Below are positions 37,406 through 48,200 of a stretch of DNA of 64,000 bases, one piece after another. The translations under genes and the position numbers were made by a program. The notes beneath the pieces are model-generated. The model was given only the letters and a program-made list of their open reading frames with translations. It was not told where the DNA came from and did not search any database. Numbering within the stretch: position 1 is the first letter of the stretch; every line of letters begins with the position of its first letter. The stretch lies in assembly GCA_049115715.1 (NCBI GenBank), contig JAGDZQ010000007.1, forward strand, positions 35,714 through 99,713, read 5' to 3'. This stretch comes from Cyclobacteriaceae bacterium. Lineage in GTDB: Bacteria; Bacteroidota; Bacteroidia; Cytophagales; Cyclobacteriaceae.

Positions 37406-38710
37406 ATGTTAAAATACTCCTTCTTATTTATTTTCAGTATTGCTATGGTGATTTCCACCAGTGCTCAAACTGAGTGGCAATGGCCTTCAACTCCTGAGCT
37501 CAAAACCGAAGCTCTCGAAAAACAAGCTTACTATAAAGTGTTAATGAATTCAAGCGAGCCCGAGAAAGCACTCTCTACACTCCACTGGCTGTACAATTAC
37601 AACCCTCAATTGCATCCTTCGATCTATAAGGATGGCGCTAAAAATATTGAAAACATACTGAAGAAGGAGCTCAGCAAAAAAAGAAGAGAGGAACTTGAGG
37701 ACTCGCTTATTTGGATGTACGATCAACGTATTGATTATTTCGGAGATAAATCTGCCGTGGATAGAAGAGCTTATACCGCGTTTAAACTCCATTATAAAAA
37801 TGCAAAAAAGTATCCGCTACTATCTCAATTGTATGATACGCTATTTACACTTCCTTCAAGTAGCATTTCAGATTTCAACCTGACTCCATATATGACACTT
37901 GGGGTCTATTACTTCAAGGCAAAGCCTAAAGAGTTTACCGCAGAAATGTTGATCGATGTGTATGACAGGATCACGGAGGTAATTGAAGCCAAAAAGGCTC
38001 ATGGTGGAAATACTTCCAAAATGCAAAAGGAGCAGGATAAAGTAGATGCACTCTTCGGCACTAGCGATCCTTTGGATTGTGAATTTATCGAAATCAAAAT
38101 GCTTCCAAGATTGAAGGAAAACCCTGAAAACATTAAACTTATCAAGAAAACTTTTGCCTATCTGTTAAAAGCGAAATGTACCGACAAGGCGTATTTTCTA
38201 GATGTGGCTGAGTCGCTATACGAAAAGGAGCCTAGCGCTAAATTGGCGAAAATCATAGCAGACAGATACTCATTCGCTGAGGAGTATGTGAAAGCGATCG
38301 AATATTATAAATACGCAGAGTCTCTGACTACAGAGGGTGCGGATAAGTATGAATTACTATTCAAAGAGGCTCAAGTGTATTCAAGAATGGAAAATAAAGT
38401 TGGAGCGCGCAAGAAAGCGATCGAGGCTCTTAGTGTAAAACCTGAAGATAAAAAGTCTCTAAATCTGATTGGCAATCTATACTTCAAAAGCTACGATGAA
38501 TGCAAGGAGGGTGAAAGTAGAGTGATAGATCGATCTGTCTTTTTAGCAGCTTATGAAATGTACAGAAGAGCTGGAAATGAGGACATGATGAAGCAAGCGA
38601 AAGAACAATTTCCTTCTATTGAAGACATTTTCAATGAGGGTTTTCACGAAGGTGACAATGTAATAGCACCGTGTTGGATTCAAATGTCAATCGTACTGCA
38701 ACGTAGGTAA
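37406..38710 (+). CDS. Secreted TPR-repeat protein
   Basis: Signal peptide, helical repeats (YVKAIEYYKYA, AIEALSVKP...LIGNLY), C-terminal FPSIEDIF...PCWI. Confidence 0.75.
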   Translation: MLKYSFLFIFSIAMVISTSAQTEWQWPSTPELKTEALEKQAYYKVLMNSSEPEKALSTLHWLYNYNPQLHPSIYKDGAKNIENILKKELSKKRREELEDSLIWMYDQRIDYFGDKSAVDRRAYTAFKLHYKNAKKYPLLSQLYDTLFTLPSSSISDFNLTPYMTLGVYYFKAKPKEFTAEMLIDVYDRITEVIEAKKAHGGNTSKMQKEQDKVDALFGTSDPLDCEFIEIKMLPRLKENPENIKLIKKTFAYLLKAKCTDKAYFLDVAESLYEKEPSAKLAKIIADRYSFAEEYVKAIEYYKYAESLTTEGADKYELLFKEAQVYSRMENKVGARKKAIEALSVKPEDKKSLNLIGNLYFKSYDECKEGESRVIDRSVFLAAYEMYRRAGNEDMMKQAKEQFPSIEDIFNEGFHEGDNVIAPCWIQMSIVLQRR

Positions 38711-38720
38711 ATCCTTAGCT

Positions 38721-39749
38721 TTATTTATTATTCTCGGTAAGCCAACTTACTACTCGTCTTACTTGATTCATACTGTGACCATCACTTGTCAGCACATATT
38801 CAAAAGATGATCGATCTTTCATCTTATCGATGAGTTCGGAAGCGTGAAAAAGTGGTACAGTATCGTCATTTCTTCCATGCAATAACAACAAGTTACCTTG
38901 GTAGTTTTCAATAAAATGTAGCGGTGAACATCTGATTATCTTTTTTCTAATTTCATAAAAAGGAAGATCGTACGCCAAAAATATGTATCTGTATTGTCTC
39001 CCATATCTTTTGTAACCGTGCATTCTCAGAAAATCTGTAGGCCCTGATTGGGATATGATGCAGTTGAAATTGGTATTCCTAATCCCAGCCAAAAGCGCTA
39101 CTGTTCCTCCTCTACTTACTCCATAAATGGCGAGTCTGGTAGAGTCGACATTCCCAAGTTTTGTTTGCGTCAGGTGAAGCAATCGCAAAGCATCTGAAGT
39201 AGCACCATCGAATGCATCTCCAAAGAAACCATCAGAGCAATAGAATTTCTTATTGGCATATAATGACTGTCCTCGGTAGGAAGGGACAACAATAAAGTAA
39301 TCGTCAAGATGCTGTGATAGAAATCCCGTCATACTTCGTTCGAGCTTTGTGCTAGGATCGAGTTGATTAAGCCCATCGGCCCATACTATAAGCGGGTAGC
39401 TTTTCGAATAATCATATCCGCTTGGAAAAAGAACAGCTCCAAAGTGTCGATCTCCACCATAAGTGTGGGAAATGAGTTTACAGGTTCTTCCATATAGTGC
39501 AAACTCTTCCAGAATATCATATTGATCACTTTCGGAGTTAAAACTTCTCCATTCTTCAAGAACCTCTCCCTTCTCCAAGCTATCGACTGGCAAGAACAAG
39601 CTATCCAGATTAATATTCCTATTCAGATATAGATGGTCGTAGTTAACCCTCGATTCACATTCGTTTCCCGGTTTATATTGATAGTAAATGAATACTCCAC
39701 CTACTATGATTGCAAATAGGAAAATTATTTTCTTAAAGGAGATTTGCAT
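38721..39749 (-). CDS. Alpha/beta hydrolase (S9/prolyl-oligopeptidase-like)
   Basis: Nucleophile elbow GVSRGG, LLHGRNDDTVP, GHS; N-terminal TM/signal. Confidence 0.85.
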   Translation of the reverse strand: MQISFKKIIFLFAIIVGGVFIYYQYKPGNECESRVNYDHLYLNRNINLDSLFLPVDSLEKGEVLEEWRSFNSESDQYDILEEFALYGRTCKLISHTYGGDRHFGAVLFPSGYDYSKSYPLIVWADGLNQLDPSTKLERSMTGFLSQHLDDYFIVVPSYRGQSLYANKKFYCSDGFFGDAFDGATSDALRLLHLTQTKLGNVDSTRLAIYGVSRGGTVALLAGIRNTNFNCIISQSGPTDFLRMHGYKRYGRQYRYIFLAYDLPFYEIRKKIIRCSPLHFIENYQGNLLLLHGRNDDTVPLFHASELIDKMKDRSSFEYVLTSDGHSMNQVRRVVSWLTENNK

Positions 39750-39827
39750 TGAAAGTTAATTGAGAGTTAATCTCTCAAATATAAGGATACAAGCAAAACC
39801 AACATAAGCCATAATCAAGCAGGCATT

Positions 39828-42464
39828 TCACTCGTCCTTAAGCGTACTCGCAGGACTAAGAATTGCCACCCTATATATCTGATATCCTACGATGGCAAAA
39901 GCGAAAATCATCAGTGCAATGGCTGAAAGGGGAAGTGATTCCCATGGAAAAAGTATTCTGTAGGCATATCCATTGAGCCATGAGTCAACTCCCAGATAAA
40001 CGAGTGGTACACCCAACACCACAGATACGATTATGAGAATAAGAAAATCCTTATAGAATATTCCTATGATCTGAGCTACACTAGCTCCTAGTACTTTTCG
40101 CACTCCTACTTCCTTTGTTCGCTGCATAGCTATAAATGAAGCCAGACCAAATAAACCAAGAGATGCCACCAATATTGCGAAAATAGAAAAAGCAACAAAG
40201 ACGTTTCCAAACCTTTTATCTGCCAAGTATAGTTGATCATATCGCTCATCTACGAAGTTGTAGTTTAGTGCTTCTGTAGGAAAAAATTGGCTCCAGGTCT
40301 TCTTGACATGATTAAGGCCTTCTTCAATATTTTCCCCTGATAGTTTTACAACCGTGTTGCCTGGATGTGTCCAGTTAAAATAGATAGTAGGTTCTATTGC
40401 ATTCTTAAGTGTACCTCGATATACATCTTTCACAATACCAATAATGGGATATCGATTATTGCTAAGTTCCTTACCAAAAAGTATTTTGTTTCCAAGGATA
40501 GACTCATTCACTTCCAAACCATGCCTTTTAAGAAAAGCTTCATTCACGATAGCTGCGCTGGAATCGGACTTCATGCCTTTTATAAAAGTTCTTCCATGGA
40601 GTATCTTCATATCCAAAACATCTACCGTGTTTTCATCCAAAGACTGAACATAGGTAGTACCGTCGAGAAAGTCCGTCATTCCCATAATTCTGGCACCACT
40701 GCCATTTGAATTAACATCAGAGGCTCCTCCACCCGGGATATTAGATATTCTTGCGACGTTCTCGATATTGTGATTGGTGCGTAGCTCATTGAGGAATGAT
40801 AATTTCTTTTGCAAAAACGCATCCCTATCCCCTCCTGATTCCAACCTTGGGTTTGCAAAACCTATTACCTTATCTACATTCAGTCCAAGATCTTTGGATC
40901 TCATATGCTGAACTTGCTTGTACACAGCAAATGTGCCAGTGAGAAGAATAAAAGATGCAGCGAACTGTGTGACAACCAAACTTTTGCGAAGCAATGCGCC
41001 ACTCTTAGAGTTGCGAAATTTCCCTTTGAGGACCGTAACGGGTTTGAAACTGGAAAGAACCACTGCGGGATAAAAACCTGAAATGATAACTCCAAGTAGA
41101 AAAAACAGAAAAAGTCGACCAATGAAATATGAATCATTCCATAAATGAGTCGCCATTTCTCTTCCAATCAAATTATTGAAATATGGCAATATGAACTCTG
41201 CTAACCCAAATGCTATCAGGCAGCCAAAAAAATTGATAATCAAAGCCTCCATTAAGAATTGAGTAACCAGCTGTCCTTTTTTCGCGCCAATTACTTTTCT
41301 TAGGCCAACTTCTTTGGCTCTATCCACCGCACGAGCGGTTGCCAGGTTGATGTAGTTTACCCAAGCAATGATCAGAATAAATATAGAAATAATAACAAGC
41401 ACTTTGACTGATTTGGCATCTCCATGTGCTTCTGGCTCGTATGTCTGCACAGAATGAAGGTGAATGTCTTGAACGGGCTGTAGATTGAACACCAATGAGC
41501 TTTCTTCTCCTATGAATTTTCTGGCTAAGCCCGGAAGCAAACCATTTATCTTCTCCAGATCAGAATCCGGGGCAAGCTGCACGTAAGTGTAGTAATTGTA
41601 TCCATTCCAAGCCTCCTGGGTTAAAAAATCCTTAATCGTACTTAGTGAAATGAGTGCATCAAAATGATAATGGGTATTCTCTGGAACGTCCTGCATGACA
41701 CCTGTTACCTTAAACGACTTATTAAAACCGCTGTAGAGATATAGTTCCTTTCCTACCGGATTTTCAGAACCAAAATATTTTTTTGCCTTAGCCTGAGTAA
41801 GTACGATTGTATTTGGTTCTATCAGTTGATGATTTGGATCTCCACTGATCAACTCATAAGAAAACAGTTTTAGAAAGCTAGAATCAGCCCCAAGCACCAT
41901 TTTTTCTGCAATTAAGTTTTCACCATTCTTAAAGGTGATCTCATTGAATTTGTAAGTCGTGGTATAATTGATGACTTCTGGTAACTCGTCCATCAATGCT
42001 TTGCCTGATGGATTGAAAGACATGGCATCCCGAGTACCCATAACACCATCTACCACTTGATCTGTGGTCAATCTATAGAGTTGGTCTGAGTTCTCTATAA
42101 AGTCATCGTAACTCTTCTCAAACTTGATGTATTGGTTGATAAGTAAAAACGCTCCCAAACCAATGGCGAGCCCAAACACATTGATAAAGGTGTAAGCACG
42201 ATGCTTGTTTAAGTTCCTTAAGCTTATTTTAAAATAATTTCTGAGCATACCTGTATCATTTATAAAAGTGTGTAATGCAAATTCTCTGAGTAGCGATGGC
42301 CTAAAGAGCATAATGACTCTTGCCATATGAAGCAGATCGGACTTGATCGCTGGCATATCTGCATAGGATCGATCATAGATTTCCTCCAGATCGCCTGAGA
42401 TGTCTCTATAGTAATCAGGGTGACAGTACCACCTAAGAAGCCGATCTGCAAGCCTCTTAATCAT
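39828..42464 (-). CDS. MacB/FtsX-like ABC permease with N-terminal PadR-associated prefix domain
   Basis: LLRWYCHPDYYRDISGDLEE prefix; NYFKISLRNL, NYINLATARAVDRAKEVGLRK, QRTKEVGVRKVLGAS, P..TLKDE. Confidence 0.92.
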   Translation of the reverse strand: MIKRLADRLLRWYCHPDYYRDISGDLEEIYDRSYADMPAIKSDLLHMARVIMLFRPSLLREFALHTFINDTGMLRNYFKISLRNLNKHRAYTFINVFGLAIGLGAFLLINQYIKFEKSYDDFIENSDQLYRLTTDQVVDGVMGTRDAMSFNPSGKALMDELPEVINYTTTYKFNEITFKNGENLIAEKMVLGADSSFLKLFSYELISGDPNHQLIEPNTIVLTQAKAKKYFGSENPVGKELYLYSGFNKSFKVTGVMQDVPENTHYHFDALISLSTIKDFLTQEAWNGYNYYTYVQLAPDSDLEKINGLLPGLARKFIGEESSLVFNLQPVQDIHLHSVQTYEPEAHGDAKSVKVLVIISIFILIIAWVNYINLATARAVDRAKEVGLRKVIGAKKGQLVTQFLMEALIINFFGCLIAFGLAEFILPYFNNLIGREMATHLWNDSYFIGRLFLFFLLGVIISGFYPAVVLSSFKPVTVLKGKFRNSKSGALLRKSLVVTQFAASFILLTGTFAVYKQVQHMRSKDLGLNVDKVIGFANPRLESGGDRDAFLQKKLSFLNELRTNHNIENVARISNIPGGGASDVNSNGSGARIMGMTDFLDGTTYVQSLDENTVDVLDMKILHGRTFIKGMKSDSSAAIVNEAFLKRHGLEVNESILGNKILFGKELSNNRYPIIGIVKDVYRGTLKNAIEPTIYFNWTHPGNTVVKLSGENIEEGLNHVKKTWSQFFPTEALNYNFVDERYDQLYLADKRFGNVFVAFSIFAILVASLGLFGLASFIAMQRTKEVGVRKVLGASVAQIIGIFYKDFLILIIVSVVLGVPLVYLGVDSWLNGYAYRILFPWESLPLSAIALMIFAFAIVGYQIYRVAILSPASTLKDE

Positions 42465-42799
42465 GTGAGCTTAAGTTCAAAAGCTGCCGGAGGTATAGCA
42501 GTCCAAAGTTCCATTCTTACATCTTTGGAATATTCCAATGCCTTCTTTCCGTAAGCTGTTATGGTGAAGTATTTTTTGGGTTTACCTCCTCGCTGTTCAT
42601 TCGCTTCTCCTACTTCTGAAGTGAGATAGCCCTTTTTTTCCATTCTGCGGAGAGCAGATTGCAGAGCGCCCACGCTTACCTTTCTCTTGAGTCGCGATTC
42701 TATTTCATCTTTGATTGCTACCCCGTACGCGTTTTGATAAAGCACGCCAACAGTGAGCAAAACAATTTCTTCAAATTCACCTAGTTGATATTCCTTCAT
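42461..42799 (-). CDS. PadR family transcriptional regulator
   Basis: LGEFEEIVLL, AYGVAI, GALQSALRRMEKKG, GGKPKKYFTIT; 4-bp overlap with the permease. Confidence 0.95.
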   Translation of the reverse strand: MKEYQLGEFEEIVLLTVGVLYQNAYGVAIKDEIESRLKRKVSVGALQSALRRMEKKGYLTSEVGEANEQRGGKPKKYFTITAYGKKALEYSKDVRMELWTAIPPAAFELKLT

Positions 42800-42804
42800 G
42801 ATCG

Positions 42805-42870
42805 CAATGTCCTATATGTAGTATTGCAATACTAAGAAATAAAATTTACAATGTCCTATATGTAGTATTG
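42805..42870 (-). promoter_or_regulatory. Duplicated 22-bp box, candidate PadR operators
   Basis: CAATGTCCTATATGTAGTATTG exactly at 42805-42826 and 42849-42870. Confidence 0.7.
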
Positions 42871-42932
42871 ATATTTTAGTCCGAAAGAAATTATATAGAA
42901 TATCTCTGGAAGTGCTCTGTGAATGCTGGCCG

Positions 42933-45113
42933 CTATTTGATCACAAACGTGCCATGTCCCTTAGCAATGGCAATATCTTGCCTGACTCGCTCCTGCACCG
43001 ACCTCCAATCAAGAAGAAAAGTTCTCGCCAGCATTTGAGACTTGTAGTTTTTTTCAGAGATGGTTGCGTAATTTTTCCAGTGTTCTAGTGCTTTTTCCAG
43101 ATGAGTTATTGCTTGAATTTGATGGGTTTTATCGCTTTTCTCCTTATAATAAACCAATTCCACAGCGCCTTGAATCTTTGCTGCATAGTATTCGGCGAGG
43201 TATGACATAGCTTCCATGTCATCGATTAACGTGCTGAGCTCCTCCGTATTTTCATCGCTTCGAAGTACTTCTAATTGACTGAAAATGTATCTGGAATAAT
43301 CTTGCAAGCTGTCAATAACATTTAATGGAGTCTGCTTATCCGTAGTTTCTCCTGCCAAAACGGTTTTCACAAATTTCCTTGGGTTAAGAATATCACTTCC
43401 CTTCATGGTGGGGTTGTCCATAAAATGAGTGACATCTCTAAATCCTCCCCATTTTGGTTTAGTTAAGCAACCTTCTGCTGCAAACATGTGATCCCAATCC
43501 CGCCAGTGAAACACATTCACAAGAGGAATAACTTTTGATGCTTGCTTCCATGTCTCATACAATAGTGCTGCATCTATTGTGGGAAAACGATGTGCTAGTT
43601 TTTTTACAAAAAACTCCTTATCCAGATCGGCATTATAGCCCAATCGTCCCCAAAGCATAAAATTGTACCAATGTTTCTTGATTTCAAGCTCACCTTGCAG
43701 CTCTGAGTTTTTACTGATGAATTCTCTGCCCCAAACATAGCCATCTGACCCCATGTGATAGCCGGCAGTATAGTCTTCTGGAAAATGCGTAAGAAATGCT
43801 CTTACATAATCTGGGTCTCCCCATCGATAAACGAATATGTCATCATTTCGAAGGTTCCACCATGATTTAAGTCCATAGTTCTTCATAGAAGCTACATGAC
43901 CCTTTGCAAAAGGTAGTTTCGGAGAAGAGTACAATCTGGCTTTGGCATATTTGAAACTCACTTCGAATGAGTCAGGATAATCCCCCCAGTATTTCATAAT
44001 CTCCTCCATATCTGAAAACCAGACCCGATGAATAAAATCAATGGTCCGATTTGGCTGCTGTTTCTTTGCATCCAAAATCCCCAAACCGTAAGTCTCCCAA
44101 AGCCATTTTTCCCTGTTATAATTATCCCAACCTTTTGGCATGTGCTCCCCTGCCGTAACTCCTATCCCCTTCACATTCGGATAGGTAAGTAAAAACGTTT
44201 TTACTGCCTCACGGTAGTAGGCTCGTGTTTTGGGGTTATCCATTTGATGAGTAACGCCATACTTACCAGGGATCTCCTCAAGCATGCGCACATCGTATGT
44301 TTTATAAAAGGGATCAACAGGAGTAGCAACGCTATTCGGACATATATTCCATGTAATAAAGTGGATATCTATTCCCCTGTTGGCAGCACGCTTCATCACT
44401 TTCTGCCAAAAAGAAATCTTCTCATCGATGGACATCTTTTTAACCACCTTCAAATTGTCCATTACATTCTTTGTGACCAGTTGAGGGTCTCCCCATTCGT
44501 TCTCGATACCTACTGGACTGAGTGTTGTTACCATTACATCATTTAGAGCTACATCCTCATAATCAGGCATCTTGATCATAGAGGGAAATGGATGGGGGTT
44601 CCACAATGTCAAAGCATTGTATCGATGAATCGCCATATTGTCTAAAAACTCTTCCCAAAAATCCCAATTCCACATTTCAACAATGTTCTTCTGAGCAGCA
44701 TCTCCAGAGTCGTCATAGCTTGGAGTGCGAGCGTCTAATGGGATATTAAATTTTATTCCTCTTTTTTTCAGAAAAGGACTTCCCTTGAAATCTTTTACTT
44801 CACCATAAAGATCAATCTGCTCTGCCAATTCTAACCCTCCATACATGAGACCATTGTAATCACCTCCAACTATTGACACCCTGCCCTCGCTTACTTTGAT
44901 CTCATATTCTTCGCTCTTGTAATTGACCGTATCAATGAGATAATTAAACAATGAAGGTTCACTTAAGCCTCGGCTTAGTTTCGCTTCTTTGATCTGTCGT
45001 TTTGCAAATTCTATTTGCGGATGAAGGTGATCATGTTTGGTTTCGTTGTTTGTAGAACAGGAAGCAAGACATGCAAAAAGAGAGACAATTAGGGAAAGTG
45101 ATAGGGATTTCAT
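42933..45113 (-). CDS. Lipoprotein, putative glycoside-hydrolase-like (GH20/67/115-type N-domain plus barrel)
   Basis: Lipobox ACLASC; SEEYEIK...IVGGDYNGLMYG and FLKKRGIKFN patterns; Trp/Tyr-rich central domain. Confidence 0.6.
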   Translation of the reverse strand: MKSLSLSLIVSLFACLASCSTNNETKHDHLHPQIEFAKRQIKEAKLSRGLSEPSLFNYLIDTVNYKSEEYEIKVSEGRVSIVGGDYNGLMYGGLELAEQIDLYGEVKDFKGSPFLKKRGIKFNIPLDARTPSYDDSGDAAQKNIVEMWNWDFWEEFLDNMAIHRYNALTLWNPHPFPSMIKMPDYEDVALNDVMVTTLSPVGIENEWGDPQLVTKNVMDNLKVVKKMSIDEKISFWQKVMKRAANRGIDIHFITWNICPNSVATPVDPFYKTYDVRMLEEIPGKYGVTHQMDNPKTRAYYREAVKTFLLTYPNVKGIGVTAGEHMPKGWDNYNREKWLWETYGLGILDAKKQQPNRTIDFIHRVWFSDMEEIMKYWGDYPDSFEVSFKYAKARLYSSPKLPFAKGHVASMKNYGLKSWWNLRNDDIFVYRWGDPDYVRAFLTHFPEDYTAGYHMGSDGYVWGREFISKNSELQGELEIKKHWYNFMLWGRLGYNADLDKEFFVKKLAHRFPTIDAALLYETWKQASKVIPLVNVFHWRDWDHMFAAEGCLTKPKWGGFRDVTHFMDNPTMKGSDILNPRKFVKTVLAGETTDKQTPLNVIDSLQDYSRYIFSQLEVLRSDENTEELSTLIDDMEAMSYLAEYYAAKIQGAVELVYYKEKSDKTHQIQAITHLEKALEHWKNYATISEKNYKSQMLARTFLLDWRSVQERVRQDIAIAKGHGTFVIK

Positions 45114-45226
45114 TTCAGATTTTATTGTTTCTCAATTTAACAAAACCTGTCAAATGCACGATTGCACACGTTTGCTCTCTCTAAAAGTGAAAAGAAAGAG
45201 CTATAGATTAGTACGATTGCAATTCA

Positions 45227-48200
45227 TTATCGAACCAGAAACTTCCTTGATTGGCCGTCTATATTGATAAAATAAAGCCCAGGAGTTACTTTGGGAATAG
45301 TAAGAATCCATTCTTGTCTGCTTTCATCGTATACTTTATCCTGCAAAATGATCTTTCTTCCATAAATATCATGAATTGAAAAGGTCGTTTCGCTTGATGA
45401 ATAGCTGATATGAATTTTGCCATCCTCATCTACGGGATTAGGGAAGAGGATCATATTTCCATTGAACTCTCTACCAGAAAGTGGTGCCATTTTGAAATAT
45501 TGCTTACCAAATTCAAAAGCTTGTTTGCCTACTTTATCTCCGATCAGCCTTCCAGGGATATCATCTGCTGGAGGATGAATACCGCCCCATATTCGGGATA
45601 AGCTACATTGATCTGAAGCATCTCGATAAGTTGCCCACTGCAAAATCACATCCTGACTTGGGCCTTCTTCGAAGACCAAAAATTCATTCTTCTTTGCTAC
45701 AAATTCTCCGATTCCCCCTGGAAAAAAAGCATCCCCTGTTAGTTTAGTCATCATTTCCGCAGCAGCTCTGCTAAAGGTAGAATGCCCTGATACATAACCA
45801 GCAAATGGAGGAGTCACAAAAGAGGGACGCTGATAGGGCCACCATTTTTCAGCCAAAATCCAGCCAACTCCAGCCTGATCTTTATCTGTATTGCTGATTT
45901 CTCTATGTCCCCTCCAAGCATAGATTTTGATCTTACCAATGTTTTCATCCTCTGCTCCAGCCAGATCGTCTCCTTCTTCCACCAACTCAATGAATCCATC
46001 TAATAAAGGAATGCCCGCTACGTCATAATTTGGTTTTTCAGGATCGCTGCTCTGTCCTCTTTCGGCCATATACCGAATGGCAGAAATCGGTCTTATGTAA
46101 TCATACCATCCTTTTGCACTCCATGCGGCAATAGCCGCATCATGCATGGTTCCGCCAAGTAAAAAATAAGCTTTGACGTCCCATTCTAAGTCATCAATCA
46201 AATCTCCCTGTCCTTCAAACCTTTTTTCAAAATCAGGGTGATCATTTACGTAGTTCAACAATGTAAACCAGTGACCTGGTGGAGTTTCTGAATCTGGTCC
46301 ATCTGCCCAAAACTCAGCTAGAACTCTAGCATAATCCCCTCTGGGTACTATTTGAGATTCATATGCAACTCCGGTTACTGGATTCAGATCATGCCCCTTA
46401 CTTATATCGCCTCCATCTATTAGATCATAAAACTCCCTATGTCCTTCCAATGTGACTGGTAAGCTTTCAAAATCGATGTTCCCGATTCGCTTCGGTGAGA
46501 TGTCCCACTCTACTCCATCAAAAGGGTCTAAGTGAGAACTCCATGCTGATACCAGGGAGAAATTCCATTGATACAGCTTAGACTCATCACTAAGCGTAGT
46601 TGTGTTTAGGTATGGAGGAGCTCCCGGATCAAGATGTACGCGATAGTCATCGCCATCTCTGGTTAAGACACTTACATCCTCTTCTTGAAGTGCAAATGCT
46701 GATACTGCTCCCCATTCGGGACTTAGAAACTCTGGTGTATTTATACCTATCGGGTTTCCTGCCTGATCTATGAACTGTCTTAGTTTGAGCGGCTGCCATC
46801 TGTTAGGATCATCAATCACTTGATTACCCCCCTTATCAGGATCCAAAGCCTCATTTACAGGATTGTAAAATGCATTGTCGTATTTGGATACTTCCCTTGA
46901 TGCATCGGTGTGTCCATACTGAATAATCTGATCAGCGATGTAGTTACCTAAGGCAACAGCCCCCCCAACTTGATAATTGGTTGTGGTAATGCCGGGATCA
47001 TATTCGAGGCGCTCCATTATACCATCAAATAGACTCAAAGTTTCTTCGCGGTTCGGAGAATCATTGAACCGGTAACTCAATAGTCTATAGGCTGCATAGC
47101 TGATCGTTTTGTTAACATTGATGCTAGTGTCGCCTTCAAAATCAAAACCCTCAAAATCACTTGTAAACCCTCCCAATTGATTACCCAATAAATAGGTCTG
47201 CACTTCCGAAGAATGATAGGCAGCCCATGAGTCATACATGGCAACACCAACATGAAATAAATTGCGGGCATGCACCGTAGGCCTGGCATAATCATTCCTG
47301 ATAGCCTCCAACAAAGCTTCGTTCCAAATACGCGCTATAGAAAAGTCGGATTGATCCTCAGAAGGCGTAAGGGTAACTTCAATCTGAACCGGACTACTGG
47401 AGCAGTTTTCATCTGAGGTCTTTACGCTCACCAAACCTTTAGCACCCAAGCCCCATCGAACAGAAACTTCGGAAGTTCCTTGCCCAGACACTATGCGGCC
47501 TCCTTTAACTTCCCAATTGTATTGATGATTATCTAGTTCTTCGTATGAATAAATTTCTTCATTGAGGTTTCCAGACAGAATAGCTCCATTAAGAGTATAA
47601 GAATCAAGAAACTGACATGAACCATCATTCACGGTAGCATCAGGGTTATACGTACAAGATTCGGGATTGGTGCATCCAGGTATTTTAGTTGCTCCAAGTG
47701 ACAAAGGCTCTAGCTCCTCGTTTTCCTTAACATACACAAATTGATTGAGCGTCAGATCATTGAAAGTTTGGGTTCCTCCTTTCGGCCATGTCACTTTCAA
47801 TTCAATAATCTCATCCGCATCTGCTAACCCAAAATGTACTGGCATTAGGTTTTGTGTCATAAATCCTGCGCCAGTGTAAAAACGATGAAATATCCCTTTA
47901 TCAGTTTTTAGTTCAAGTTTCGTCCCGATAGCATCCCGATTTGAGTCAGTTCCTTCCAGCCAAACCTGTAACCAGCTTTTATCTCTGGGCGTACCCGACG
48001 TAATGAGGTTATTTTCATAAAAATGAACAATGTCATCCGAATTTGAGATGAGCACATCAGGATCTCCGTCACTGTCATAATCAAATATGGCAAGCGCATT
48101 TGCATCGGCCTCATCTCCCATACCTTTCTCCTCAGTCCGATTTTTGTATTCATGTTTCCCTTCCTTAAACTGATTTTCGTAGTAGTAATTCCGCTCTTCT

